Positions 1-9,248 of a stretch of DNA of 64,000 bases are shown one piece after another. A program made the translations under genes and the position numbers. How positions within the stretch are numbered: position 1 is the first letter of the stretch; each line of letters opens with the position of its first letter. Where the stretch lies: positions 192,001 to 256,000 of the forward strand of contig CAXXXF010000006.1 of NCBI GenBank assembly GCA_963667175.2, in the 5' to 3' direction. Below the pieces are notes generated by a model. It was given only the letters and a program-made list of their open reading frames with translations. It was not told the DNA's origin and made no database searches. Source of the stretch: Candidatus Latescibacterota bacterium (GTDB lineage Bacteria; Latescibacterota; UBA2968; GCA-2709665).

Positions 1-421
1 TAAACGACATGGCGAATCTCGGCGGCGCATCCGACCAGAAAGTGAAGCGCCGCGTGTTCGCATCGAACTCCACGAATTTATCGAAGTATGAATAGAACCG
101 GTTCCTCGTGGACAGCAGCACGGCGAAAGGCGTGGAGGCCATCCCGAACGGAGTCGGAACCTGATCCGTCCGTCCTGATGTGACGTCGATCACGAGAATC
201 GAACCGCAGCCACGATGGTCCATCGGCCAGGCCAGAACGATCGGCCGCCCGTCTCCGTCCACAGTTGCCGCCACCCCTCTCGCGCGGGATACGGGCGCCG
301 CCACGCCATGCCGCGCGAATCCGTCGCCGAAATCGCGAGTCCCCGCGCCTGCCGGTCGCCTGAATGCCAGCAATAGGGCCATTGACAACGTCGCAATTGC
401 CAGGAATGCAGCGAGGCTCAT
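1..421 (-). CDS. Secreted protein of unknown function (N-terminal part; runs off window)
   Basis: Not in the ORF track. Read manually: AGGAGG RBS, ATG at 421, MSLAAFLAIATLSMALLLAFRRPAGA signal-like N-terminus, frame open to the window edge. Confidence 0.7.
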   Translation of the reverse strand, partial: MSLAAFLAIATLSMALLLAFRRPAGAGTRDFGDGFARHGVAAPVSRARGVAATVDGDGRPIVLAWPMDHRGCGSILVIDVTSGRTDQVPTPFGMASTPFAVLLSTRNRFYSYFDKFVEFDANTRRFTFWSDAPPRFAMSF

Positions 422-660
422 GTCTGGAATTCCTCCTGGATCAATAGTATTGCAAACCGCCGGATTCACGGCTGCCAATATGCCGGGCCGGGCCGTGAAA
501 GTCAAGCGGATGCGTTTTACGCCAGCAGTCCCGGCAGTCGGTTCTCCCGTCGGCGAATACAAAAAGCCGATCCGTAGTCGGATCGGCCAGCGGCATGCGA
601 CACCCAGCGCAATCTTGTCTTCGCGATCCTGCGCACCGGACGACAACATTCGGACGCAGA

Positions 661-731
661 CAGGCGCGCTTTGTCTTCGGCCCCAATGACTTGCCGTCGC
701 CCGATGAGCGACTTATTCAATAGGACTGCTA
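661..731. repeat. MITE-like repeat, copy A
   Basis: Minus strand TAGCAGTCCTATTGAATAAGTCGC...GTCATTGGGGCCGAAGAC matches the copies at 21.7, 22.7 and 47.4 kb. Confidence 0.65.
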
Positions 732-1697
732 ACGATCATTGAACGCGGCAACGAAAATCAAAAAGTCCTGGAAGTCCACGACACCGTCATCATTGAGGTC
801 GAATTTGGGATCGTCAGTACCAAAGGCATTTGCGAAACTCACAAAGTCGCTGAAATCGACCGTGCCGTCCCCATTGAAGTCTGACCGTTTACCTGTTGCA
901 GTAGAAGTACCGTTGGTTTGTTCTTGTGCGTCGTCCTCATCGCCCTCGTTACCTTCGTCGCCGTCATCCTCGTCACTCTCGTCGCCCTCATCGTCTTCGT
1001 CCCCCTCATCGCCTTCATCGTTCTCGTCCCCCTCATCGTCTTCGTCCCCTTCGTCGCCGTCATCCTCGTCACTCTCGTCGCCCTCATCGTCTTCATCGCC
1101 CTCGTCCCCTTCGTCGCCGTCATCCTCGTCACTCTCGTCGCCCTCATCGTCCTCGTCGCCCTCATCGTCCTCGTCACCTTCATCGTCCTCGTCACCTTCA
1201 TCGTCTTCGTCCCCCTCATCGCCTTCATCGTTCTCGTCCCCCTCATCGTCTTCGTCCCCTTCGTCGCCGTCATCCTCGTCACTCTCGTCGCCCTCATCGT
1301 CTTCATCGCCCTCGTCCCCTTCGTCGCCGTCATCCTCGTCACTCTCGTCGCCCTCATCGTCCTCGTCGCCCTCATCGTCCTCGTCACCTTCATCGTCCTC
1401 GTCACCTTCATCGTCCTCGTCACCTTCATCGTCCTCGTCACCTTCATCGTCCTCGTCACCTTCATCATTATCATCATCGTCGTCATCACTGGATGCACCG
1501 ATACTGGAGCCTATCCGCGAGTCGATGCTTCTTTCGCTTCCAAGGAAGGGCGAGGTCTGGTCACCCGGCGGCGTATCTTGTTCACTCTGCCCGTAGAGTG
1601 ACGAAGGACGCCCAAAGGTCAACAGGATCATTATGCACACGAGAGAAATATATCGCCGTAGATGTCTCATTTGTATCTCCATATCCTGCAAATGCAA
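729..1697 (-). CDS. Secreted highly acidic (D/E/G) repeat protein with C-terminal EF-hand/dockerin-like domain
   Basis: Signal-peptide-like N-terminus, about 185 aa of GDEDDE repeats, C-terminal DFNGDGTVDFSDF...DLNDDGVVDFQDF; true start may be slightly downstream. Confidence 0.8.
   Translation of the reverse strand: MHLQDMEIQMRHLRRYISLVCIMILLTFGRPSSLYGQSEQDTPPGDQTSPFLGSERSIDSRIGSSIGASSDDDDDDNDEGDEDDEGDEDDEGDEDDEGDEDDEGDEDDEGDEDDEGDESDEDDGDEGDEGDEDDEGDESDEDDGDEGDEDDEGDENDEGDEGDEDDEGDEDDEGDEDDEGDEDDEGDESDEDDGDEGDEGDEDDEGDESDEDDGDEGDEDDEGDENDEGDEGDEDDEGDESDEDDGDEGNEGDEDDAQEQTNGTSTATGKRSDFNGDGTVDFSDFVSFANAFGTDDPKFDLNDDGVVDFQDFLIFVAAFNDR
935..1487. repeat. Coding tandem repeat: 18-bp units plus a perfect 210-bp tandem duplication (991-1200 = 1201-1410)
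   Basis: Direct sequence comparison. Confidence 0.9.
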
Positions 1698-1709
1698 ATA
1701 ACAGTAAAG

Positions 1710-2465
1710 CTACTTGCGCCTCTTCTGAGACAGGTTGAAGCTCACGATAATCCGATCGGCGTTCTTCCCCTTGGCCCTGGATCGATTCGGAGCCACGCTA
1801 TGGTACAGCCAACTCGGGAAGATCAGCATCTTTCCGGCCACGGGTTTGTATTGGACCCTCGTCCAGCAGATTCGTGGGCGCCTGGTATCGGGGATAAATT
1901 CGGCAGGACTCATCAGGTTCTGGGTGCGTGGATCGATGAACTCGATTCGACCCGAGTTCCTGGGCGCCTGGACGTAGTAGACGCCGCTCCAGATGCAGCC
2001 GGGATGGATATGAGCCCGGTTCACGCCACCCGGTGGATTGATGATCGACCACATGGTGCCGATTTTTAGTTCGTATGACGTGTGATATCCCAGCTGGCGG
2101 CACATCATGGCCGATGCCTCGTCGACGTATTGAACCAACCCCTCAAAGGTGACGTCCCTGTGCAGCTTGACGTTGCTGTGCCAACTCCCCAACTCCGGGA
2201 AGTTCGACTTGGGCACGCCCTTTCCGTCGCGTTCTCGTTCGGCGTAGATCGCGTGTGTCAGGCGAGCGTTGAGAATCTCGCTGCCCGGAACTTCCAGAGA
2301 AAAAATGAGCGTTGGAAAGTAGCGCTGCATCTTGAGCGCGTCTTCGGACAGACGAGCCCCCTGGCCGCAGTCCGCGGCTTCACGGTTCGGCGCGTCGCGC
2401 GTCACATTATTTCCCCATATCCATGTTACTGATCCATTCTGGCTGACATTGCGGTTGCCGGTCAA
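1710..2465 (-). CDS. TIGR02466-like putative 2OG-Fe(II) oxygenase
   Basis: FPTLIF start region, W..INPPGGVNRAHIHP..WSGVYYV, IFPSWLYHSV, RIIVSFN; true start probably nearer 2330-2400. Confidence 0.8.
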   Translation of the reverse strand: MTGNRNVSQNGSVTWIWGNNVTRDAPNREAADCGQGARLSEDALKMQRYFPTLIFSLEVPGSEILNARLTHAIYAERERDGKGVPKSNFPELGSWHSNVKLHRDVTFEGLVQYVDEASAMMCRQLGYHTSYELKIGTMWSIINPPGGVNRAHIHPGCIWSGVYYVQAPRNSGRIEFIDPRTQNLMSPAEFIPDTRRPRICWTRVQYKPVAGKMLIFPSWLYHSVAPNRSRAKGKNADRIIVSFNLSQKRRK

Positions 2466-2760
2466 CTCAGACTGCTATCGGCTCTTAAATCAATAGCAGC
2501 ATGAATATAACGATGTTGCCATTTAAATTCAACACGGAGGTCGGCGCCGACGTGACGTTGCCGCCAATACAAGAGACCAGGCATCTCAGGTCTGGTCTGA
2601 AGCGAACGAAGCGAAAAGGGCGACTCGAAGCCGACATTCCCCTTTGTTGAAAGTCGATCTGATTCGGCCGGCACGAAGGGATATTTCTGCAACGAAGGAG
2701 TCGGTGTGTTCTATCTGCAGCGATCCGTGGTCTGGGTTTGTGTTCCCAATATACGTACTA

Positions 2761-3006
2761 TCAGCGCCCGCGCGACTGGATTTCCTTGTACCAGGTCAGT
2801 TCCACCTCGTCCAGGCCGTCGGTATGGTAAGCGTAGAGATGGACTCTGCCGAGGCTGGCGCCCAGGCGTGCGCAGAAGCGACAGGCCGCGATGTTGACGT
2901 TCTGGGTTTCGATCTTGAGCTGCTTGTATCCCCTCGGCCTCGCGCAAGCCTCGGCGCGATGAAAGAGCGGCTCGACGGCGCTCACGTCACATAACACAAT
3001 CGCCAC
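2761..3006 (-). pseudogene. GNAT acetyltransferase (streptothricin acetyltransferase-like) C-terminal fragment
   Basis: LKIETQNVNIAACRF...GLDEVELTWYK; N-terminal half absent here. Confidence 0.65.
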
Positions 3007-3276
3007 CGGACAATCTACAGATTGACACCAAAGAGCGCCGAATCCGCAATTTGCACGGGTCGAACGACGCTCGCTGGCTCTATCTGCACGACATCAGCTT
3101 CGCAGAAAACTGTTGATTCTTCTGAAAAACCGATTAAAATGAACTACGATAACCCCCATCAGATTTCCGCGAGCACGTTCCAATCAACGTCACGCCGACC
3201 GATCATTTTGTATTTCATTGAATGCTGTCGCATCAACCTTTGCTGAATTTACCCAAATGCCAAGACAGGGTGAGCC

Positions 3277-4824
3277 ATGACCAGGCGAAGACTGCCCATC
3301 GGCATTCAGACCTTCAGCATAATCAGGGAAGAGAACTACTACTACGTTGATAAGACGGTCCACCTGCGGCGATTGATCGACGAGGGTACGCACTATTTTC
3401 TATCGCGTCCGCGTCGCTTTGGCAAAAGCCTGTTTCTGAACACGCTGAAGGAACTGTTCGAGGGCAATGAGCCGCTGTTCGAAGGACTGCACGTCCACGA
3501 CCATTGGGACTGGTCCGTTCGCTATCCTGTCTTATGCCTTGACTTTGGCAGCGGCGATTTCAGTAAGCCGGAGTTCCTGCACAAAGAGGTGATGGCGCAG
3601 CTGGATGCCGTAGAAAAAGATACGGGTGTTGAAAGCCACTACGACACCGCTTCCGCACGCTTTCGTCATATCATCCGAATGCTGCACAGCCAGGCGGGAC
3701 AGCGCGTTGTCGTTCTTGTTGATGAATACGACAAGCCGATTCTCGATGCCCTGGAGGCGCCGGAGACCGCGCGCGCCAACCGGGACTTTCTGCGCGGTCT
3801 GTATTCCACGATCAAGTCCTGTGACGCCCACGTCAAATTCACGTTCCTCACGGGCGTCAGCAAGTTCTCCAAAGTTCAGCTCTTTTCCGGACTCAACAAT
3901 CTCACGGACATTACGATCGACCCACAGTATTCCGATCTATGCGGGTACACGGAAACGGACCTCGATACGGTATTCGCGCCGGAACTGCCCGGTCTGGACA
4001 GGGACGAGATCCGCGACTGGTACAACGGCTATAGCTGGCGAGGCGATGAGAAGGTCTATAACCCCTTCGATATCCTCCTGCTGTTCCGAAAGCGCAGCTT
4101 TGAAGCCTACTGGTTCGAGACCGGCACGCCGACGTTCCTCATCGAAACCCTGTTCAAACGCCGCGTCAGTTCCCTGAAACTCGACGACATGATCGGAAGC
4201 AGCGACTTGCTATCGACCTTCGACGTGGATGACATCGCGACAGAGGCCCTGCTGTTTCAAACCGGGTACCTGACCATTAGCGGTGAGGAGAACCTCGGCG
4301 GCAAGTCCTTCTATCGTCTGGGCTATCCCAACCGCGAGGTGCGCCAGAGCCTCAACGAGAGCCTGTTGGACTACCTGGTGAACGACTCGACGCAGCAGAT
4401 GACGAACAGCGTGCAGCTCTACCGCTTGCTGGAAGCCAATGACTTCGTCGGTCTCAAGACCTTGTTCCACGCCTTTTTTGCCAGTATTCCCTATGACTGG
4501 TACACCAACAACGACGTCGCCAATTTTGAAGGCTACTACGCCAGTGTGTTCTATTCCTATTTCGCGGCATTGGGTCTCAATATCACTGTAGAGGACAGCA
4601 GCAGTCATGGACGTGCGGATATGGCCGTTCACTTCAACGAAAACGTCTTCCTGTTCGAGTTCAAAGTGGTGGAACTGGCGTCTGCGGGCGCGGCGATGGC
4701 GCAATTGCAGGATAGGGCATACGCGGACAAATACCGCGGCCTGAACCAGCCGATCCACCTGATCGGGGTCGAGTTCAGCAAGGATACCCGCAATATAACC
4801 GCGTTTGAAGTGGCCCGTGCGTGA
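3277..4824 (+). CDS. AAA-ATPase-like protein with C-terminal PD-(D/E)XK nuclease (PDDEXK_9-type)
   Basis: LPIGIQTF, YYVDKT, SRPRRFGKS (Walker A), LVDEYDKP (Walker B), GRADM...FEFK. Confidence 0.92.
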   Translation: MTRRRLPIGIQTFSIIREENYYYVDKTVHLRRLIDEGTHYFLSRPRRFGKSLFLNTLKELFEGNEPLFEGLHVHDHWDWSVRYPVLCLDFGSGDFSKPEFLHKEVMAQLDAVEKDTGVESHYDTASARFRHIIRMLHSQAGQRVVVLVDEYDKPILDALEAPETARANRDFLRGLYSTIKSCDAHVKFTFLTGVSKFSKVQLFSGLNNLTDITIDPQYSDLCGYTETDLDTVFAPELPGLDRDEIRDWYNGYSWRGDEKVYNPFDILLLFRKRSFEAYWFETGTPTFLIETLFKRRVSSLKLDDMIGSSDLLSTFDVDDIATEALLFQTGYLTISGEENLGGKSFYRLGYPNREVRQSLNESLLDYLVNDSTQQMTNSVQLYRLLEANDFVGLKTLFHAFFASIPYDWYTNNDVANFEGYYASVFYSYFAALGLNITVEDSSSHGRADMAVHFNENVFLFEFKVVELASAGAAMAQLQDRAYADKYRGLNQPIHLIGVEFSKDTRNITAFEVARA

Positions 4825-5009
4825 CCTGGGAAGTGGGGATGCGCACGACGAAAACAGGAAAAAACCGGACTTTCACCGTCGCGGTGGTTTCCTGACGCTG
4901 TGTCGTATCAGCAGTTGGAAGAAGAACCACGATACGTTCACTGTAATAGGTTCAGTGCCCGTTCTGGTTGGCTGATTGGAGGTCCCAATCACGACGATGG
5001 TTGCGCATT

Positions 5010-5150
5010 CAGTCTCAGTCCGCGCCCGGCCCATTGGAAACGACGTCGACGCGAAAGCGGCGCTTCACTTCGAACGCAATGGGCACACTGTCCGTATTCG
5101 GGCGGGACGTCGGCGATTCCCTCAACGATGCTGAAATCCACCGCATTCTC
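5010..5150 (-). pseudogene. GNAT N-terminal remnant
   Basis: Nucleotide similarity to 7190-7310 (shared ACTTCGAACGCAATGGG, GTATTC, AATCCACCG); frameshifted. Confidence 0.55.
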
Positions 5151-5187
5151 GATCTCCCGGCCTTCACTTCTGGCGTGCTGCCTTAGC

Positions 5188-5478
5188 TCAACCGGACGTC
5201 TTGACAAGTGGCTCGATGGTACTGACGTCGGTCGTGGCACGGGCTACGTCAAGGTCGTACATTCGCTGCAGATTCAGCCAGAAGTCGGGGGTCATTCCCA
5301 ATGCCTTCCCAATTCGCAGCGCCGTATCCGCCGTGATGGACCTGCGGCAGTGGACGATATCGTGAATGCGTATCTGCGGCACGCCCATCGTCGTGGCCAG
5401 GCGGTATTTTGTGATGCCGAGTTCCTCTATGATCTCCGCCAGATGTTCTCCCGGGTGTATCGGTTCAGGCGCTGTCAT
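5188..5478 (-). CDS. higA: HigA family antitoxin (HTH)
   Basis: PIHPGEHL...RRSITADTALRIGKALGMTPDFWLNLQ; GAGGAGG RBS before ATG 5478. Confidence 0.9.
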   Translation of the reverse strand: MTAPEPIHPGEHLAEIIEELGITKYRLATTMGVPQIRIHDIVHCRRSITADTALRIGKALGMTPDFWLNLQRMYDLDVARATTDVSTIEPLVKTSG

Positions 5479-5489
5479 AGGCACCCTCC

Positions 5490-5570
5490 TCAGTGGTAGT
5501 CGGTGACTTCGATTTCCATGGCGCCCCGGTCTGTCCAGACAAAACACACGCGCCACTGGTCATTGATGCG
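5490..5570 (-). pseudogene. higB: HigB toxin C-terminal remnant
   Basis: Manual translation RINDQWRVCFVWTDRGAMEIEVTDYH*, the typical HigB C-terminus, directly upstream of higA; no N-terminus. Confidence 0.8.
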
Positions 5571-5587
5571 ATGTAGGTGTTGTCGGT

Positions 5588-6631
5588 TCAAATATTCGAA
5601 AGGTAGGCATCCAGTTCTGTTTCCAAGTTTTCGGCTTCCTCCTTTGTGAGGTATGGGACCTTTATCGTGCGCGCCCAGAAGAATCTCTTTCCGGTAATTT
5701 CAGACACTTTTCGAAAATCCATTGCGCGGATTATCGGATCTCTTTCAGGTATTGGAGTGCTAAATTCCACGTGCCTAAACCACATATCCTCCGTATCACG
5801 TTTTTGGATGTCACCTCTCTTTACCCTACCTGCAGCAACGATACCGGTCCCTGTGTGGGAAAAGAAGACAATGTCGCCAGGATTAATGTATCCAACGAAT
5901 CGCTTTGTGTCTCCCCAGGCGGCGACTCGGCTGTTTTCTATCATGTCCCAGATCGAATCTGGATTGTAGCTCCTGTTGGTATCGAATAACACTCCCTTAA
6001 CGGAATTTGGATTTCGATGCTTGTCATATGGAAGTGCGAAAAATTCGAAATATTTCTCGTCGTTCAATTCATAAATTCTGTACGGAAGGAAGTCGATCGA
6101 TATTCCCTGTCTCTTCCAATAGTCCGCCGCATTGATAAGGCTATCGTCTGCAGCGCTACCGATTACAATCAATCTCTGTCTGTTGTTGATTTCTCTTTCG
6201 TCCAGTTGTTGCTCTAGGCCGAAAGCTTTCTTGTGCGCTTTGCGCAGTTCGATTTCATCTCCATCAGCGTGCTTTTGGTTTTCCTTGTACTCGCGAAATT
6301 TATCCTGCAACGCGTCGTAACTCCATTGTCCGGCACTCTGCGCATAACGCAATGCCTGTTGGACGGCATCCTCACCAGAAGTACCTCTCTTTAGCTCAAA
6401 AATGACCAACTCGCCTCGCTCGTCTAGCGCATAAATATCCGCTTCGGCCTGACCCTTCCGTTCTTGGAACACCGGCATCAGACTCGATTCCTCAAACAAC
6501 ACATCCAGAATGTTCGATGCGACCAAATCTTCCAGGTCTTTCTCAAAGTTCTTAAAGCTAGTGAAATCCTTGAATGCCACGGGTTCGAGTGAATCGAATT
6601 TCCCTTCGGTCGAATCAAGCTTGTACAACAT
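5588..6631 (-). CDS. NucS-like PD-(D/E)XK endonuclease with C-terminal PUA/EVE-like domain
   Basis: EKDLEDL...ADIYALD...IFELKR...QALRYA nuclease motifs; C-terminal INPGDIVFFSHTGTGIVAAGRV. Confidence 0.7.
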   Translation of the reverse strand: MLYKLDSTEGKFDSLEPVAFKDFTSFKNFEKDLEDLVASNILDVLFEESSLMPVFQERKGQAEADIYALDERGELVIFELKRGTSGEDAVQQALRYAQSAGQWSYDALQDKFREYKENQKHADGDEIELRKAHKKAFGLEQQLDEREINNRQRLIVIGSAADDSLINAADYWKRQGISIDFLPYRIYELNDEKYFEFFALPYDKHRNPNSVKGVLFDTNRSYNPDSIWDMIENSRVAAWGDTKRFVGYINPGDIVFFSHTGTGIVAAGRVKRGDIQKRDTEDMWFRHVEFSTPIPERDPIIRAMDFRKVSEITGKRFFWARTIKVPYLTKEEAENLETELDAYLSNI

Positions 6632-6734
6632 AGAATTACCTCGTTATGATAACAAATGTGGCGGAGCAGGACGTATTGGAAGTCAAGTCCAGACCGCCGC
6701 CGCAAGTACCTGGATTTTACCGTACGTCCATACT

Positions 6735-7310
6735 ACTGACCTTTGTAACACGTCAAGTCTACCTCGTCCAAGCCAGCGCGAGAGGCGAATATATGGACCA
6801 TGCCGAGCCGCGCCCCAATTGAGCGTAAAGGCGGCAGGCGGCGACGTCAATGTTCTGCGTTTCGATATTCAGTTGGTCGCATCCACGATTCCTGGCACAG
6901 TTATCGGCATGTTTGATTAATACCTTGCCGACGCCCCGTCCCAGGTACTCCGAGCGGACCCGAATGCCCCGCAGGCCAGCGAGGTCATCCTGCGCTAGGC
7001 AGTAGTCAAACCCATCCATGTGAACGGCGACGATCGCGCCGCCGATTCAGTCTCGATGCCGAAAGCGCCCAGAAAGATCCAATTCGACACGTCCCACGAT
7101 CTTCCGATCCGTCGTTCCGGGTTTTCTGGCCCGTCGTAGTCTTTGAAGTCTGGTGGATCCACCGGCTCTTCAATCAGCCGGATGCCGCCCAGGCAGCTGG
7201 AAACGACCTCGACACGAAAACGCCACTTTACTTCGAACGCAATGGGTACAGTGCTGTATTCTGGCAAGATGTCCGAGTTTTCCACAACAATGCGGCGGAA
7301 TCCACCGATT
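6735..7310 (-). pseudogene. Frameshifted GNAT acetyltransferase (second copy)
   Basis: ORFs 6995-7285 and 6759-7019 plus a GLDEVDLTCYK tail in a further frame; GRGVG and ETQN motifs. Confidence 0.75.
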
Positions 7311-7431
7311 CTTCCGGAACGTGTGACAGTATGTCAGTCAAGGAGCGCCGGTGGTAGGACGGAATCGGAGGGAATATTCAATTGCGAGTTTCGGCCGAAT
7401 TTGGTATTAACGCAGCGGTTTGTTTCCTATA

Positions 7432-8253
7432 TCATATGTCACGTTTGCACTTGAAGTGTTCTCTCAATCTCTTCGCAGCGACGTCACAGGAGACCTTCTC
7501 AATGTCACAAGCAGCAAAACTCATGCTATTCTCCACTGCAGAAAGGATGGAGGTCCCAGAACCGACAAAGGGATCGACCAATAACCCTCCCTTCTCACCA
7601 CTGATTTGAACAACACGCCTAGTTAATTCAAGCGGTAGTTCATTTGCTACTCTCTTTTTGAATTTCGAATGTCTGACTGGACTGAGATCATCCCAAACAT
7701 CGCTGAGATTAATTCCGGCTTCGATATAGCGTCTATATCCTCCGTAGTCCTTTATATATTCTCCACAGGATCGGCAAGTTGGTGGTGGGACCTTGGGTCT
7801 ATTAAATGTCCGAGGTTTTCCTTTCGTGAAATATAGGAGGGCGTAGTGTGCGGGATATAGGTAGCTGCCTCTTACGAAATTATTCTTCATTGATACTGCT
7901 ATCCAATGTCTAAGATGCAAATGATCCTGCAAAAACGCGCCGAATTTCAATGCTCTTTTTGGAAGGTGATAAAGATACAGAGCTCCTCCGGGTTTGAGAG
8001 CCTCAATGGAGGAAGTAAGGACTTCCTGGATGAATTCTTCGTAAGCTGCATCCGGTACTTGATCGGCTTTCTTGTCGCCCGACCCATATTTTTTGCCCAA
8101 ATTGAACGGCGGATCCAGAAACACAATATCTGCACATTCTTGCTCAAGGCTATTTAGAAGCTTGAGGGCATCGCAGCAGATCAAGAATCCTACATTTAGC
8201 TTACGTACATATCCTGGAGGCCTAGTTTTCCAGATAGACGGATTTTCATTCAT
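7432..8253 (-). CDS. Site-specific DNA methyltransferase, beta class (N4-C/N6-A), M.BamHI-like
   Basis: DPPF (motif IV) before DPFVGSGT (motif I); CxxC-x4-KDYGGY...LSDVWDDLSPVRH resembles M.BamHI as recalled. Confidence 0.88.
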   Translation of the reverse strand: MNENPSIWKTRPPGYVRKLNVGFLICCDALKLLNSLEQECADIVFLDPPFNLGKKYGSGDKKADQVPDAAYEEFIQEVLTSSIEALKPGGALYLYHLPKRALKFGAFLQDHLHLRHWIAVSMKNNFVRGSYLYPAHYALLYFTKGKPRTFNRPKVPPPTCRSCGEYIKDYGGYRRYIEAGINLSDVWDDLSPVRHSKFKKRVANELPLELTRRVVQISGEKGGLLVDPFVGSGTSILSAVENSMSFAACDIEKVSCDVAAKRLREHFKCKRDI

Positions 8254-8264
8254 TTGTGATTAAC

Positions 8265-9248
8265 CTATCGATCAGTTTGTAGTTCAATTTGACCACAGCA
8301 AGTCACTTCTCCTGCACCCGACAAAATGCCTCGAAGGGCGGATTTGTAGAGGGTATCCGGAGTAGCGGTACCAATCTCGGTCCACGTGAATCTAAATATC
8401 CACGTGACCATCGGAGCATGTCTTTCGTCTTGACCATAACGTAGATTTCGCTCAGTAGAGACGTTCCAGCCATCATTGTGAACCAATCGTGTGATAAATT
8501 TGGGAACGGTTACCATTATTACCTTCTGTTGTAGTGTACGATCAAGTGTAGTAAAGTTCAATACATCACTATCTTTAACTAAACCGAATAGTTGTCGGCC
8601 GAAGAACTCCTTACAATCTTGGGCAAATTCGGGTACTCGCGTCAAGTTCTCTTCGAGGAATTTTTTGGTCCAGACCTTGACCTCTTCAGGCCACACCACC
8701 TCTCCATGCAATGTAAGGCATAGAGTCCAGTCATTTCTTGGTGGTTTGGCATGCAACTGACACAATTTACGAATCCAAGAAATAACGGGAAATATGACGT
8801 CACCATTCTCAGGTATGCCCTTAAGTGGATTATTAAGGTCAAGGTTAACTATGTGCGCCCTACAGAGGGGCTCGTCGTCGGACCGTGGCCAACTAAACTG
8901 TTCGTTACCACCTATAAGATCCTGAAAGGCTACTTCCCTGATTTTAAGTCCCGCAAATCGCTGCTGGAGTTGAAGAACAGCACTGCTACTACTCTCCACA
9001 GCCACGATTTTGTCTTGATCCTTTTCGGAAATCGATCCGACCTCTGTTACGTCAATAAGCCCTTCGTCAATTAGAATCTGAATGTCTCGACCAGCTCCAC
9101 CGCTCAAGGTCAAATACCACGGAAATTCACTGTTAGGATATTCCTCTGCTATGGATTTGACTCTCTCTAACCAGAGATTTCGAATAGCCCGCTTCTCCAA
9201 TCGGTCACAGGCCATTGCTTGGTCAACAGGCCGAACGCTTCCAGTCAC
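8265..9248 (-). CDS. Uncharacterised protein, probable SAM-dependent Rossmann-like fold
   Basis: YLTLSGGAGRD glycine-rich loop, IVAVE acidic strand, IVNLDL strand; GTG start overlaps the upstream TAG stop. Confidence 0.6.
   Translation of the reverse strand: MTGSVRPVDQAMACDRLEKRAIRNLWLERVKSIAEEYPNSEFPWYLTLSGGAGRDIQILIDEGLIDVTEVGSISEKDQDKIVAVESSSSAVLQLQQRFAGLKIREVAFQDLIGGNEQFSWPRSDDEPLCRAHIVNLDLNNPLKGIPENGDVIFPVISWIRKLCQLHAKPPRNDWTLCLTLHGEVVWPEEVKVWTKKFLEENLTRVPEFAQDCKEFFGRQLFGLVKDSDVLNFTTLDRTLQQKVIMVTVPKFITRLVHNDGWNVSTERNLRYGQDERHAPMVTWIFRFTWTEIGTATPDTLYKSALRGILSGAGEVTCCGQIELQTDR

Noticed and set aside
935-1487. Possible CRISPR array
   Set aside because: Contiguous coding tandem repeats with no unique spacers and no cas genes
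739-1738. Long alternative-frame ORFs (poly-Ser, hydrophobic VALIV, Arg/His-rich)
   Set aside because: Shadows of the stop-free D/E repeat; only the acidic frame has a signal peptide and a recognisable domain
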